This document shows, in pieces, positions 38,141 through 51,476 of a DNA stretch of 64,000 nt. The position numbers and the translations under genes are program-made. Position 1 is the first letter of the stretch. Each line of letters opens with the position of its first letter. The notes under the pieces are model-generated. The model was not told the DNA's origin. It did not search any database and saw only the letters and a list, made by a program, of their open reading frames with translations. Source of the DNA: Botryllus schlosseri (Eukaryota); the NCBI GenBank assembly GCA_051294905.1, contig CM119373.1, positions 32,612,001 to 32,676,000 of the forward strand, given 5' to 3'.

Positions 38141-38295
38141 ATTCTCGGTAATGACCATTCTCGGTAATGTATATTCTCGGTAGGGTCCATTCTCGGTAAT
38201 GGTATTCTCGGTAATGTCCATTCTCGGTTGTGTCTATTCTCGGTAATGACCATTCTCGGTAAGGTTCCAGCTTCGGTAATGGTATCCTCGGTAAT
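38141..38295. repeat. 15-16 bp minisatellite (attctcggtaat core), about 10 copies, near the right end of the CACTG element
   Basis: Repeated (c/t)tcggt cores at 15-16 bp spacing. Confidence 0.85.
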
Positions 38296-38828
38296 TTCCA
38301 ACCTCGCATGCGGTTGACATCTCGCGTGACTCGGAATGCACTGAAAACGAGTCGACGTTTTGGGGAAAAAACTAGGAAACGGGTTGAATCGAGTCATATC
38401 CGAGCCTAAGCTCGGGATTTACCAAGGATATTTTTTACAGTGAATACGCATCCATCGGAGCATTTAAAAAGAGAAGAACTTCATTCATATTCCCTACCAT
38501 CGCTGTAATCTCGGAAATATAATTCGGATTGCCAAATCTATACCATTCGGCACCAGCCATATAGTCGCCTATGGACAACTAAACCTGTATGTATATAAAT
38601 GAAAGTTTTCGATCAGCATAACTTTCACCTGCATCAATGACGATGGATTTTACGTTCATCGATGTGCCGGAAATAAGAAATTCTTTAATGGCAAATTTTT
38701 TTTAGGACGTCAAAGTTTTCTTTATAACAGATAAAAAAGTGTTGTTCAATGTTTTTTATTGTTGCTAGTGGAATAATTGGTAAGTGTAACTAGAGTATTC
38801 GTATTCTATTTTTTTCGACTTATTTTAG

Positions 38829-39829
38829 ATGTGAACGAATGTTCTGAAGGACTACATTCATGTCACTATGACGCAACCTGTGCCAACAACGACGGCTCTT
38901 TTATTTGCGAGTGTGATACTGGTTATACCGGAGATGGTGAATCGTGTACAGACATTGACGAATGCTTGGAAGATTTTCACGAATGCCATTTCAATGCGAC
39001 ATGTTCCAATGATGAAGGTTCTTACATTTGTGAATGCGACAGTGGATATTCGGGAGATGGGGAATCTTGCACAGGTTTCACTAATGACCAGTTAAGTAAA
39101 TAGAATATATATTTCATTGCATATCCTGATTTCTTCAGATATCAATGAATGTTCCCACAATATACATAATTGTCATTCGAATGCCACCTGCATCAATGCC
39201 GATGGATTTTTCGTATGTCTATGCGACCTCGGATTCACCGGAAATGGGGAATTGTGTGATGGTAAGTGGCTCATGACGTCGCCGTCATCGTTATAACAAA
39301 TCAAAAAAGTATATTTCAATGTTTTTAACGTATTTAATGGAATATTTGGTATGTGTATCTGTGAATATCCCAATTATATATCTCGACTTATTTTAGATGT
39401 AGACGAATGTTCTGAAGTACTTCACACGTGTCACTACAACGCAACTTGTGGTAACAACGACGGCTCTTTTATTTGCGAGTGTAATTCTGGTTATACCGGC
39501 GATGGTGAATCGTGTACCGACATTGACGAATGCGTGGAGGATTTTCACGAATGCCACTTCAATGCAACATGTTCCAATGATGAAGGCTCTTACATTTGTG
39601 AATGCGACAGTGGCTATTCGGGAAATGGGATGACATGTACAGGTGTCATGATTGACCATTTTCGTGTTTGTTATATATATTTCATTGCGTATCATGATTT
39701 CTTCAGATATCAATGAATGTTCCAATAATTTACACAATTGCCATTCAAACGCTACTTGTGTCAACGCCGATGGATTTTTCATTTGTCGATGTGACCTCGG
39801 ATTCACCGGAAATGGGGAATTGTGTTATG
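38829..39829 (+). CDS. cbEGF array 2a: double-EGF exons 38829-39074 and 39397-39642, single-EGF exons 39139-39261 and 39707-39829
   Basis: 246 nt and 123 nt phase 1-1 exons with introns of 64, 135 and 64 nt; C-x6-C-x5-C-x8-C-x-C-x10-C; open. Confidence 0.92.
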
Positions 39830-41483
39830 GTAATTTTTTCAAGACGTCGACGTTTTCTTTACACCAAATCAACAAATATTTCTCAATGTTTTTAACACTA
39901 GAAATACCAAGTGGTTTTTTTTACGCATTTTCATTTTTGAAGATCGGGCATTCAGTCAAATCTTGCGCTGTTTGGCTGAAACTTCTTGACGTTTGTTCAT
40001 TTTATGTAGGCCACCTTACCTATGATTTTCATCAATCGTCAAGTGCAAATAATAAAGTTATACACAGTGCAAATAATAAAGTTATACACAGAACTACCTA
40101 GAACAGGGGTGGGCAACCTGCGGCCGTAGAAGGGAATTTCTGCGGCCGTGACACGTAGTTTAAATTGTATGTGCTAACGGCCGTCAAGAGGCTAATTTAA
40201 TTTACAAATTGACTCCCGAATTTTTTAGAGACCTTATTTAGTCCTGAAATTTTCTTCGCGCTAGGCGCGATTCAATGCTATCCTTCATTTTTCGATTTCG
40301 ATTCAGTAGCACCCTTTGTAATCTGAGCCCACGGTACTGATGTGAACAGCAGAGGCAAACGATGCGCCCCATATAGAAATGCCAACTTCGAATCGTGTGC
40401 GTTTTGGCGATTCAAATTGGGATGTCAAGAAATAACAGCATGTAATAAAGTGACTAATAGCAATTGGTTCACTACCCGAAGAGGCCTCATGATGTGTAAC
40501 TAGGGCTGGGCAAAATCGAGTATACCTAAGCGATTCGATTCTGAATCTCGTATTACGCGTCGAGTCGAGTATTCCAGTATCATTCATTAGGACTTCACAC
40601 CAGAATTTGCTATGTGAATGTTCAAACTTGTATCTTTTTTGCCACCACAAAGAATATCCGTCACGTTAAAGATAGGCCTACTCCGGTATTTTTTGACCAT
40701 ACCGATTTCATTGCACTTCTTGACAATGTTGTATCATGACTTCGGAAATGTGTTATTTCCGGTAACGTTCGCAGCTTTGTACTAGGTATCGTATGCCGCG
40801 ACACGGCCAATCAAAGTGTCAAGGCTTCCTTAGTGGGAGTAGTATCAAAACTATATTTCTCGTTAGTAAATTCACTTGCATTTCCAATTTTTTATTTTAT
40901 TTTATTTCATTTTTTTTATTTAATTACCCCCCCCCCCACCAGTGGGGAATTCCACACCGGTTGAGAACCCATGCACCAGAGTGACTAGACCAGTGGTTCT
41001 TAACCTTGTCTCCAGGGCCCCCAGGGGGCGATTTCGATTTTGAAGGGGGTGGAAACGCTCACGGGGCGATAGGGGGCGCTGGCCTGAATGGAGCAGTATG
41101 GGGGTGCTGAAGAAAAATGGCCCCACAGTAGATGGTGTAGTAAGGATATATGATAATACAGTAGAATAATAGTTCTATCTATCCCTGAGCTCTCATTGCA
41201 AACTAACATTCGACAAAATTTGCCAGTTCACGACGTATTTCGTGGCACGCCGGGCGCAATACCCGCCGACGATGTTTTCATGAATGCAGTTGTTTATTTT
41301 AATTCATGTAACAGGAATTCTGCGTACTTTTGGATAGCCAATTCCCTGTTATAACACTCCCGTCAGACCAGCTCGGGTTATTTTCGACAGAATGTTTCGA
41401 ACTAGGTATTGTATCCTGCAGCGCACAGAGCGTCGGAATCGCAAAGGCACTGGACCACTTTCAAGAGTGATGCATTTGTACAT

Positions 41484-42051
41484 TAGGGTTGTTCAAATAT
41501 ATTTTTTTTCCAGATTCCGGGGATTGACTGATTAAATTGTTAGGTTGCCTATATAAACGCTGCACAACAAATTTGGCTCAGATCCAACCAGTAGAGCGGC
41601 TGCAATTCAATTGAAATTTTCGAATTTTTTTTTTTAAATTTTTTTCTTAACCCAATGAAATTGTTGGGTTATCGTCATCGACAAATACGACACAACACAA
41701 ATTTGACGCACTTCCGACCGCTACAAGCGAAGTTACTTCCCACCGTCCAGGCTATTTTTGCATATACGCAAGTTTCAACTGCAAAAACTTCGCTTGTAAT
41801 GGTTGAAAGCTAGCAGAAATTGTTATGCTTCGTTCGTTTAGGCAACTCAACAATTTCATGGGGTTGACTATAAATATTAAATTTATTTATTTATATTTTT
41901 GTAATAAATTGAAAAATCTAAATTAGCGCGGCGGACGCTTCTACTTGTTGGAATTGAGCCAAATTTGTTGTGCAGCGTTTTCTTAGGCAACCTAGCAATT
42001 TAATCAGTGAATCCCCGGAATCTGGAAAAAAGTTATTCCTAAACAGCCCTA
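41484..42051. mobile_element. Foldback-like MITE (imperfect palindrome over nearly its whole length)
   Basis: Ends tagggttg / cagcccta. The arms pair throughout, e.g. ttccggggattgactgattaaattg with caatttaatcagtgaatccccggaa, aacgctgcacaacaaatttggctca with tgagccaaatttgttgtgcagcgtt, and ctacaagcgaagtt with aacttcgcttgtaa. Flanks match 6/8. Confidence 0.82.
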
Positions 42052-43208
42052 GTTTACATTAAAGATACTTTGAAGCTTGTTGGCAGAAATGATTAACTAA
42101 AAACATCATGACTCGCATCATCATACTAATCGTCTGACATGGAATATCCTATTGTGCAAATTCATTTTAATTGCCAAATTAGCATCAACCTACTATTACA
42201 AACCTATTGCAGTTTAGAGACGACGTTTTGCAGGGGTTTATGGAAAAAATAAAAATAGGGAGATATGGATCAACTAGCGTGACTTCGTAATGTTTGCAAA
42301 AATGACTAGGCTGGACAAGACATTCATTAGAAATATGTTTCTTCATTTTGGTGCGATAAATGTTGCGATCACACCAAAAGTATCGTTGGAGGCGTTTAGC
42401 GTTAATTAGAGCGACCATATTTTGGAATAGGGAAAGGAGGATTCTTTAACCAATACAGAAAAGTTGATCGATGAAAACTGAAACCAGCCGATTTCGTTAT
42501 CATTGCTGGAAAATTTGAATGGTTATGACTAAAACAAAGGTGATTACTTTCTCAAAATAAGTGGTGTTGACTAAAATTAGAAGTCGTCGCTTGCTATCGG
42601 ACCAAGAATTCCCTATTTAGCGTCGTTTATGGCTATTTTCATTCGAATACATCCATAATCCTAGATATAAAAGCTGTAAAAGAGGACGAATTTCCAAAAT
42701 GGAGGACATTTAGGCGGTCTCGGATGACATTTTCAAAAACTTGAAAAAGGAGGACATATAGCGTCAATATTGGATTAGCTTCCATCTATATGTGTGGAAA
42801 TGCATTTTCGGCACTCATCGTTCATATCAAATCGAAGAAGCGGATTTCCAACACAAGACCACGTACTTCAAGAAATACAGCTGCAAAATAAGCTTTGTAA
42901 TAATAAAAGTCTAACCAATTTCTATATATTTAGTATGAGGTTATTTTCAAGAGAAGTCATTCTGTTGCTGTTTATAACAAGCCTACAGTTCATATTTGTA
43001 CAGGACAGATGACGGTTGCATCTTAATTGAGCTAAATTTGAACTAGAACTCAAGAGGGTCCGCGAAGCCCAAAAGGTTGAGAACCACTGGCCTAATATGA
43101 CATGATTACGCTGATATTACCTCGCATATGTAATCTAGATTCAACATAAAGACAATGCGGCAAAGTATGAGTAGTCGCAAGAAATCACGATAAACATATA
43201 GTTTAGTT

Positions 43209-44016
43209 CAGGGGTGGCCAACCTGCGGCCGTAGAAGGACATTTGTGCGGCCGTGGACATGTAATTCAATTAGTATGTGTTGGCGGCCGTCGAATGCAAT
43301 TTGAATTTACGAATTGACTCCCGATTTCTCGAGAGATTTTAACTGATCTTGAAATTTTCTTCGCGCTTCCCGCGATTCAATGTGACCTCATTTTTGAATT
43401 TTAATATATAGTAGCGCCCTTCCAATCAGCGCCCACCGCCCACAGTTCATATTCGAACAGCAGAGCAAAAGGATGCGCCACATATAGAAATACAAACTCG
43501 CAATCGTGTGCTCCTAACTATGCCAACAATCCAGATGGGAGGTCAAGAAATAACGGCATGCAACAAAGTGACTAATAACAATTGGCCCACCCGAAGACGC
43601 ATCATCATTTATAACTTATCTTAAATTTTAGAAAGCACCCTCTCCATCTATTTGACCAGTGAATCTGATCACATAGGCTAAGAAAGGATAACAGTTTGAT
43701 AGTAATATATGAAACTACTAATATTAATTACGAAATTCTTTAGTGAAACTGAAAAAAAAATTCGCGCTTCGCGGGACTATGAACAGTCCCGTAACATGGC
43801 CACGCAGTCACCCACCACTCGCAACTCTGCTGCGTATAGTAAGCCTATATGAATAAATAGCTTAGTCCAGAGTTCACCGGAAATGTCCATAGCAACTTTA
43901 ACTTGGGTATTTGGCGTCCAGCTATAGTTCATTACGACTATCTTCTGGAATGCGGTCGTAGGCTACAAAAGTAGTCGAAATGGTGCCGTGAATGGAAAAA
44001 CGGTTGGCCACTCCTT
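43209..44016. mobile_element. hAT MITE (gcggccgtagaagg family)
   Basis: Ends caggggtggccaacc / ggttggccactcctt; perfect TSD gtttagtt. Related copies start at 40104 and 44735, with one in reverse ending at 52296. Confidence 0.88.
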
Positions 44017-44080
44017 GTTTAGTTCAAAACCTTTTTGTTGCCATTGTCACATTACGCGCTATACCTATTATTCCCTAATT

Positions 44081-45396
44081 CAGGGGTTCTCAACCTGGGG
44101 GGCGCGGGAGGCTCTCAGGAGGGGCGCATGAAATTTTTGTCAATTTTGTCAATGTCTGTATAAATTGTGACTAAACATGTGTTTCACAACCATTCTGAAG
44201 AAACGATTATTGAAGATTAAACTTCTTAATTCGTATTCTAGAAAGCTTGCCAAACTCAAACTCCCGCAGTCGCGCTCAACGGAGTATAGGCTGACTTCAA
44301 CTTCATTTGAGCAAATTTTTGATATTCTTTGAAGATTTAGAGAAATTCCTAAGTGCAAGTCATTCATTACTTTATAGCTTTGGCAGTAGCATAAACCTCT
44401 GTGCGCTAGGTAGCTGTTGTTGATAGCTGGCGAACTGCACTGCCTAAGACAGACTTAGATGCAATATAGGTTGCCCGGTTTCGCCCTCAATTTGGCTATA
44501 AATCAACACAATTTAATTCATTTCCAAAACTGATCAAATTTAGCATGGCAGGACAGAACAACGCCGTGCTATCTGTAGTCACTACCAGCATCAGCATTAG
44601 TCTCAGTGCAACCTACCTTGAAATTTGTTATTTTCAAACAAGTTTGGGGAAGTTTGTCAGCAATGTAAACGACTAAACAACTGGAATGCAGATTCAAAAT
44701 TGGCGTAAGATATACCTTATGTATACTATCAGATCGGCGATGGGCAGCCCGTATGGGCGCATGCATGCGGCCGTAGAAGGGAATTTGTGCCGCGTCGACG
44801 CCTAATTCAATTAGTATGTGTTGGCAGCAGTTGACATGGAAATTGCAATTACGAATTCACTCCCGAATTTTCGAGAGATTTTATTTAATCTTGAAATTTT
44901 CTTCGCGCTCCGCGCAATTCAACAAGACTTAATTTTTCGATTTTGATGCAGTAGCGCCCTTCTTAATTGGAGCAGGAATGGGGATCCCCAAGAAATAACA
45001 ATTCATTCGCGGCTCTGAAAAATTTTCGCGCTCGGCGCGACATTATGCACTCCCAGCAACTATTCATAACATTACCACTCGCAATTTCGGTGCGTACAAT
45101 AGGCCGTTGTGAAAAGTAGGATAATTCGGAGTTCACCGGGAATTGATATGGACAATTTACCATAGGTATGCTATTATGCGTCCAGATCGTTCATTGCGGC
45201 TATGCCCTGGAATGCGGCCTTAGGCTACATATAAGTATTCGAAATGCGGCCATGATTAGCATGCAGGTTGCCCACCTCTGTATTAGATGATGTGCTCTTT
45301 TTGACATGACGATAAATGTAAGTGTGGTCAGGGGGGGCGCGATTTTTTTGACCATCGCCAAGGGGGGCGCTTGTTATAAAAGGTTGAGAACCGATG
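44081..45396. mobile_element. hAT MITE containing a nested MITE (44735-45280)
   Basis: Outer ends caggggttctcaacct / aggttgagaaccgatg with perfect TSD ccctaatt; inner TSD tatcagat / tattagat. Confidence 0.85.
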
Positions 45397-45445
45397 CCCT
45401 AATTCCTAAAACAAATCAGCTCGCGATTACTATATGACTCATCAT

Positions 45446-46243
45446 TAGGGCGATTTTTTTCACCTAAAAACGGATGATTTTGACCTAAAAAATCTAAATT
45501 TTGACTTTCTTTGACCTATAAAAAAATGAATTTTGACCAGATTTTGACCTCATGTATGCAAATTAGGTGTTTTCGCACATAATGTGAAACTTATACTACT
45601 TATCTTCATTTCTGGTTGGAACTGTCTGTCCTCACGGAGGAGTTTGGCTCGACAAAACGTTTTTGACTAAAAAACTGACACATTTTCACATGAAAAAATA
45701 AGTATTTTAACGAAATCTGGCCCTATGAAGAATTCCAGTAGTTACATCGCGTATTATGGTAGAAATAATGGAAATATATCGTAGTACAACGTATGATGCT
45801 TTACTACATTATCGTGTAGAAAGTGTCCGTCCCTACTAAGTAGCTTGCCAAGAATGGGGAAAGAACGTTCAACAGCAGCAGTTGTTGGCTGACAACACTG
45901 AAGTTATACATACACCGCTGATGACACACCGTGTTGCTACATTCTGACAATGTTGTCTACATCACAATTTTTCAGCTTGCGCTTCTTGATATAAGAACCA
46001 TGCAAGATGCAATGCCCGAGCGCGAGCAGCCTTGCTTCAGTTCGAATATTGCGGTACGTTGACCAAAACACCATGTCTACCTATTTGCTTTATTTGACCG
46101 TTTATGATTCACAATGAGCCGACGATGGGCCGTTTACAACGGTAGACCTATGAAGTAGACTACAAGCTGTAAATTTTTTTGACTTAGTAAACAATTTTGA
46201 CAAAATTTTGGTATATTTTGACATGTCAAAAAAAATCGCCCCA
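45446..46243. mobile_element. hAT (Ac-type) MITE with ttttgac subterminal repeats
   Basis: TIR tagggcgattttttt / aaaaaaatcgcccca; perfect TSD ctcatcat. Confidence 0.88.
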
Positions 46244-47272
46244 CTCATCATATATATCACCCATAAAAGGATATCCGGGCATGCCAAAAAATAATGCCGT
46301 AAACTGAAATTCAAAGAAGGTTTAGGTTCAGAATTTAAAGCACTAAATATTTATATATTGCAGTCAGTTTTTGACGAGCATGTCGCCGAGATTAGGGATT
46401 TCAAGTAATGTCGGTCTTATGACAAAAACACGAAGCACTCGGTTAAGGGTGGGCGAAGTTCAGCCAAACTATAAGTTTCGTTCAACGTGAAGGCTATTTA
46501 AGCTGCACACTTCTCGGAAGGCAGCGACCAAGAGAATAAGCTTTGTACTACTGCATATACATTTCAGTGGACCATTACGTGGTTCTCGAACTGGGGGGCA
46601 TGAAAGCATCAGAAGGGTGTCACGAAGCCAAATGTATTGGAACTTTTTTCGCGCTCTGCTCGATGTACCCCCAGCTCATAGTTATTGCTCCGTGCATTGT
46701 CCTAGTTTGATATTTCAGAATTCTCTCATCAACAGCCCATGTTCCATGCCACCAAACTATCCGTTGGGATTGCTAGCATTCTGGATGCACTTTTTATTAT
46801 TTTTTGATATCTTGATGAGGGGGGCGCGAAAGTATTCACTATCATAAAGGGAGGCGTGCCTAAAAAGTTTCACAACCACTGTGAGTGTTAGTTAAGAGTG
46901 TTAATAGAAGAATGTGGCTAGATGTTTGAAGAGAGGTAAAATGTATCATGTTAACATTGTTTCGAATCATGACGGCAAATAGATATTTTTTAATTAACCG
47001 TCACTTTCTCATTACTCAATATAAACCCATTAACTTCAATTAACTGCAAGTTGGAAATTAAATTAAATTACGCTAGAGCATATAGCTAAAAATTTTCGCT
47101 CGGCCGCCAACGTATTTTCCACTTCAAAGTTAGGCCCGCGGAGGAAAATTATTGCCCAACCCTGTTCCTGGTATAGTTCGAAGTTCCGGTAGTTCTAGTG
47201 TTGAGGAATTTGGTTAAATAACTGGTATTTGAATGTGTTAATATTGATATTATATTTCTCGACTTGATTTAG

Positions 47273-47518
47273 ATGTGGACGAATGTACTGAAGAACTGCA
47301 TACCTGTCACGACAACGCGACTTGTGGCAACAACGACGGCTCTTTTATTTGCGAGTGTGACACCGGTTATACCGGAGATGGTGAATCATGTACCGACATT
47401 GACGAATGCGTGGAAGATTTTCATGAATGCCACTTCAATGCAACATGTTCCAATGATGAAGGTTCTTACATTTGTGAATGCGACAGTGGCTATTCGGGAA
47501 ATGGGATGTCATGTACAG
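47273..47518 (+). CDS. cbEGF array 2b: double-EGF exon
   Basis: tttag acceptor, 246 nt, gt donor; open, 12 Cys. Confidence 0.9.
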
Positions 47519-47582
47519 GTGTTATAACTTACCATTGTCGTATTTGTTATATATATTTCATTGCGTATCATGATTTCATCAC

Positions 47583-47705
47583 ATGTCAATGAATGTTCCA
47601 ATAATTTACACAATTGCCATTCGAATGCCACCTGCATCAATGACGATGGATTTTTCGTTTGTCGATGTGACCTCGGATTCACAGAAAATGGGGAATTATG
47701 TGATG
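47583..47705 (+). pseudogene. Single-EGF exon with its acceptor mutated from AG to AC (probably skipped)
   Basis: gatttcatcAC|atgtcaat here vs gatttcatcAG|atgtcaat in paralogs (55426, 57156, 58321). The frame is open and the donor is intact. Confidence 0.75.
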
Positions 47706-48044
47706 GTAAATTTTTCATGCCGTCGACGTTTTCTTCATAACAAATCAACAAATATTGTTCGATGTTTTTAATGTATCTGGTTAGAAAATAGGCTATTTGC
47801 AGGACTTGGATCACGTGACCCGTAGCGTATAGCAACCAGGAATTGGCTAGCACCAGACTTGTACAAACTACTGGATTTTCACAAAGCGCAACCAGAACTA
47901 GAACTGCCCGATTTTAAAACTTACCAACTAGAACTAGAACTATTCAATTATTTTCAAGATCAGCAACTAGACATAGTCAATTTTCAAAATCAGCAACTAA
48001 AACTAGAACTAGAACTACTGAATTTTCAAAATCAGCTACTAGAA

Positions 48045-49524
48045 CAGTGGTTCTCAACCTTTTTGGCTTCGCGGACCCCTTTTGACTTTCACGGACTCTC
48101 GCGGACCCCCTCAAGTTTTAGTTCAATTTTAGCTCTATTATGGTGCAACCTTCATATCTGTCTTGTGCAAATATGAACTGTAGGCTTGTGATAAACAGAC
48201 AAATAATGACTTTTCTTGAAAATATCATCATACTATTTATGTAGAAATTGGTAGACTTCTATTATTTCAAAGCTAATTTTGCTGCTGTATTTCTTGAAGT
48301 ACGTGGTCGTGTCTTGAAAATCCGCCTCTTCGTTTTGATATGAACGAGGAGTGCCGAAAACCATTTCCGGAAAGATAGATGGATGCTAACCCATAACGCT
48401 TCCGACGATACTTTCGGTGTGATCGCAACATTTATGGCACCAAAATGAAGAAACATCTATTTTATGAACATACCACGTCCAGCATCTAGCGCAGGGACGG
48501 GCAACTTACAGACCGCGGGCCGGATTCGGCCCGCGACGGCATTTTGATCGGCCCGCAGAAAGTTTCTACCGTCAAAGTTAAGTCCTAATCTAAAAGTATA
48601 GACAAGTTTTAAGTGCCAAAGAATGGATCCAAGTTTTCCCACCTGAGAAAGACTTTCATGGAACTACTTTTTCTGTTCTGGTTTACATATATATTAACGA
48701 GAAAACATTTTCGACCATGAAAAATTGAACATTAACAAGACAAGGGTGCTTACCAATATAACTGGTGATATGAATTTCAGGGTTGAAGCGTAATGCTTTG
48801 ATAGCAACGAAACACTTCTTGTTCTTCAAAAAACCCGCCTTGTCGATAGGGCATCCGCAATAAGAATGCGCCAAATCTGATAGCCGAGCTTTAAGAGCAG
48901 GTATATCATTGTCCGATTTATGACGGATGTCAGCCGAAAATATTCGGGTTCATTTCAATATGAATATACTATTCAATTGTATATTGAAGTTCTGTACCTC
49001 CAAAAAGCTGTTCAAATAGTGGTTATGTATATCACAGGATAAAATGGATTTCGTGGCGAGGTTTCAATACCTGCATTGGGACAAATTAAGGATATACTTC
49101 GGAAATTTTTATTTCAAACGACTGTACACTAATTTGATGAGACTGACAACTTCAAATCGAGAAGGTTTTGCAGACATTACGAAGTCACCCTGATTGACGT
49201 TACAATCTCCATATTTTTATTTTTTCCACAAACCGCTACAAAACGTCTCCAAACAGCAATATGTTTGTATCAGCAGGTTAATGGAAAATGGGCAATGAAA
49301 ATGAATTTCCGCACTACGATAGTTCATGTCAGACGATTATTATGATGATATGAGTCATGAGGTTTTAGCAGTTGTGGTACGAAACTGCCTCATGCTTTCT
49401 CAAATTAAAAAATAAAATAAAAATTAGAATATCAACAATACTAAAAATTTAGAGGTCTCGCGGACCCCCTGAAATTGCTTCGCGGACCCCTAGGGGTCCG
49501 CGGACCCCCGGTTGAGAAGCGCTG
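48045..49524. mobile_element. Non-autonomous hAT element nested in an actagaact repeat tract
   Basis: Ends cagtggttctcaacc / ggttgagaagcgctg; perfect TSD tactagaa; gcggacccc subterminal repeats. Confidence 0.9.
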
Positions 49525-51476
49525 TACTAGAACTTGAACTAGAACTACTCAAAAAACCGTTTATTTGTTCACCGCCAACAAACTAAATGGGTAGTTTGGA
49601 CAAGTTACCTGGAGTAGCTTTACTGGTAGTCCTACTACAGATTACAACATATATGGAATGAACATTGCACATATGTGGTGGACTTTTTTTGACTCACTGA
49701 AATTTAGGGTTCCTCGAAGGCTTGTAGATTAAGACCTGGGCCTTGTACGCCCGCGGGCAAAATACGGACTATATACGTGGGAAGAACGGATAAAATTTTT
49801 GAAGAAAAATAAAATCTGTCCCAAAAGACCCTGCTCCATGTTGATTTACGAAATAATTTGGATTCACCTTCGAGCTTTTTTCATTTTAAAACTTTTGTTT
49901 CACTTTTTTCATGTAACATGATTATAAAAATGCACATCAAATCATTTAGCGGGCCATGAAAACCCATGTTGCGTGCCACTTTTGCCAGCGTGGCAGGGGT
50001 AGCCGATCCCCGGCGTAATCTATATTCATGATAGAGTCGGTGTAACATGGGTTAATTTATGACGGGATTATGACATAAGAACACATTCATTTGACTGAGG
50101 CTACGAAAAGACGAATTTGGAAAACCTGCCTGCGAAATTACCAAAACAACAGAACGATTTTACCAGGCTACTCACCGCTCGGGATAGTAACCGAGCTGTA
50201 ACATCCCACATGTATTGGTCTCTTAATAGAAGGATGTGTCTATGCGTTGTTGCGATTAAAAAGACTTAACAATGCTTCTTGTTTACCATGGTTTCGAATA
50301 ATTACGTGGGATAGAACCTATATTACATCCTGTCATGCTGCCAAGTGCCATTACACGAAGAAAAATAAGCATCAGCTTCCAGTGATGGTGGAACAAACTG
50401 TCCCGTGGCCTGGACTACTTGATTGATTATCTGAATTGGATTACGTTACTGTTTGGTACATTGCAAATATCTTGGATTTCAAGACATGGCTTGACCACGA
50501 ATTAATGATCTGATGGAATATCCCAAAAGAGCCGAGCATAGGCAACTACGACATTGATGATGCCCTCGTCAAGAATTCAGCCTGAAACCAATTGTGATCA
50601 TGACCACCTCATAAAATTTGGTCATGCGGTGAAAGGCAGTATGGTTTATTGCCAACAGAAAATGTCAGTAGATGATCCTACCATTGACTTTAACTGTCCT
50701 GAACTTCTTTCCCGGTGATGATGTTTGCTTCGAAAAGGATATTTCAGTTTGCGTACAGAATGATAAGCGTACTAGCGTAGAAGCTATGAATCTGTCTAGA
50801 CAAGTGGCTATGGAGGTAGAGGAAAAGACATGGGCATGACAGGCGTTTGTCTTCAACTATTACTTATGGTCTCGGTATTGAATGCAAAACAAAATTTATT
50901 AAATTGCACTTCTTTCGATATTTATTTGTAAATCCAATGAATCAAGGAACATTACGAAGTAATGGAAAAGAAAGAAACAATGCTCGTCGTCTTAACAGCG
51001 GATGTTTCTGAGTTGGTTGAACCAATATACAGAGGGGTTCAGAAACGAAGTACTATTTTACCTCAGTACTCGCGTCATCATGTGTTTAGGCTACCACCAC
51101 TTCTACTTGACACTTTTAGGCAGCACTTTTTTTAGCAGACTTCGAATATTGTAAACTGAAAAGTAGCTTTGGCGCATGATTGCATCCCCTTGAAGCGTGA
51201 GATTGCCCAAGTTGATTTTCGAAAATTGCACCTATTAGCAGTGCAATTACTCTTTTGCGATGATCAAGAAGATGTACCGTGCAATGCTAACAGTTTTCAC
51301 CGGGCATTAATTCCTCAAAGCGACGCTCGACCTAATCTACTTTATGTAACAAATTTCGTGACTACTTTTCAGAAATTCATTTCTACATCCACTTGAAGTA
51401 CTTTTGACATGTCTTGGAAGTAATTAGTTCTACTTGTACTGGAGTGGACATTACGGCGTTACTTCTACTTCTAGAC

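Larger units (their letters stand above)
28497..38442 (-). mobile_element. Full-length CACTG / EnSpm-like (CMC superfamily) DNA transposon, 9946 bp
   Basis: TIR cactgtaaaaaatatcctcggtaaatcccga at 28497 vs tcgggatttaccaaggatattttttacagtg ending at 38442 (30/31, extendable to ~38 bp). 2 bp TSD aa. ccgac/ccgag subterminal repeats. Contains a DDE transposase. Confidence 0.93.

Noticed and set aside
47519-47582. Intron ending in AC as a U12-type AT-AC intron
   Set aside because: It begins GTGTTA, not ATATCC/GTATCC, and all paralogs end in AG, so a point mutation is the simpler explanation.
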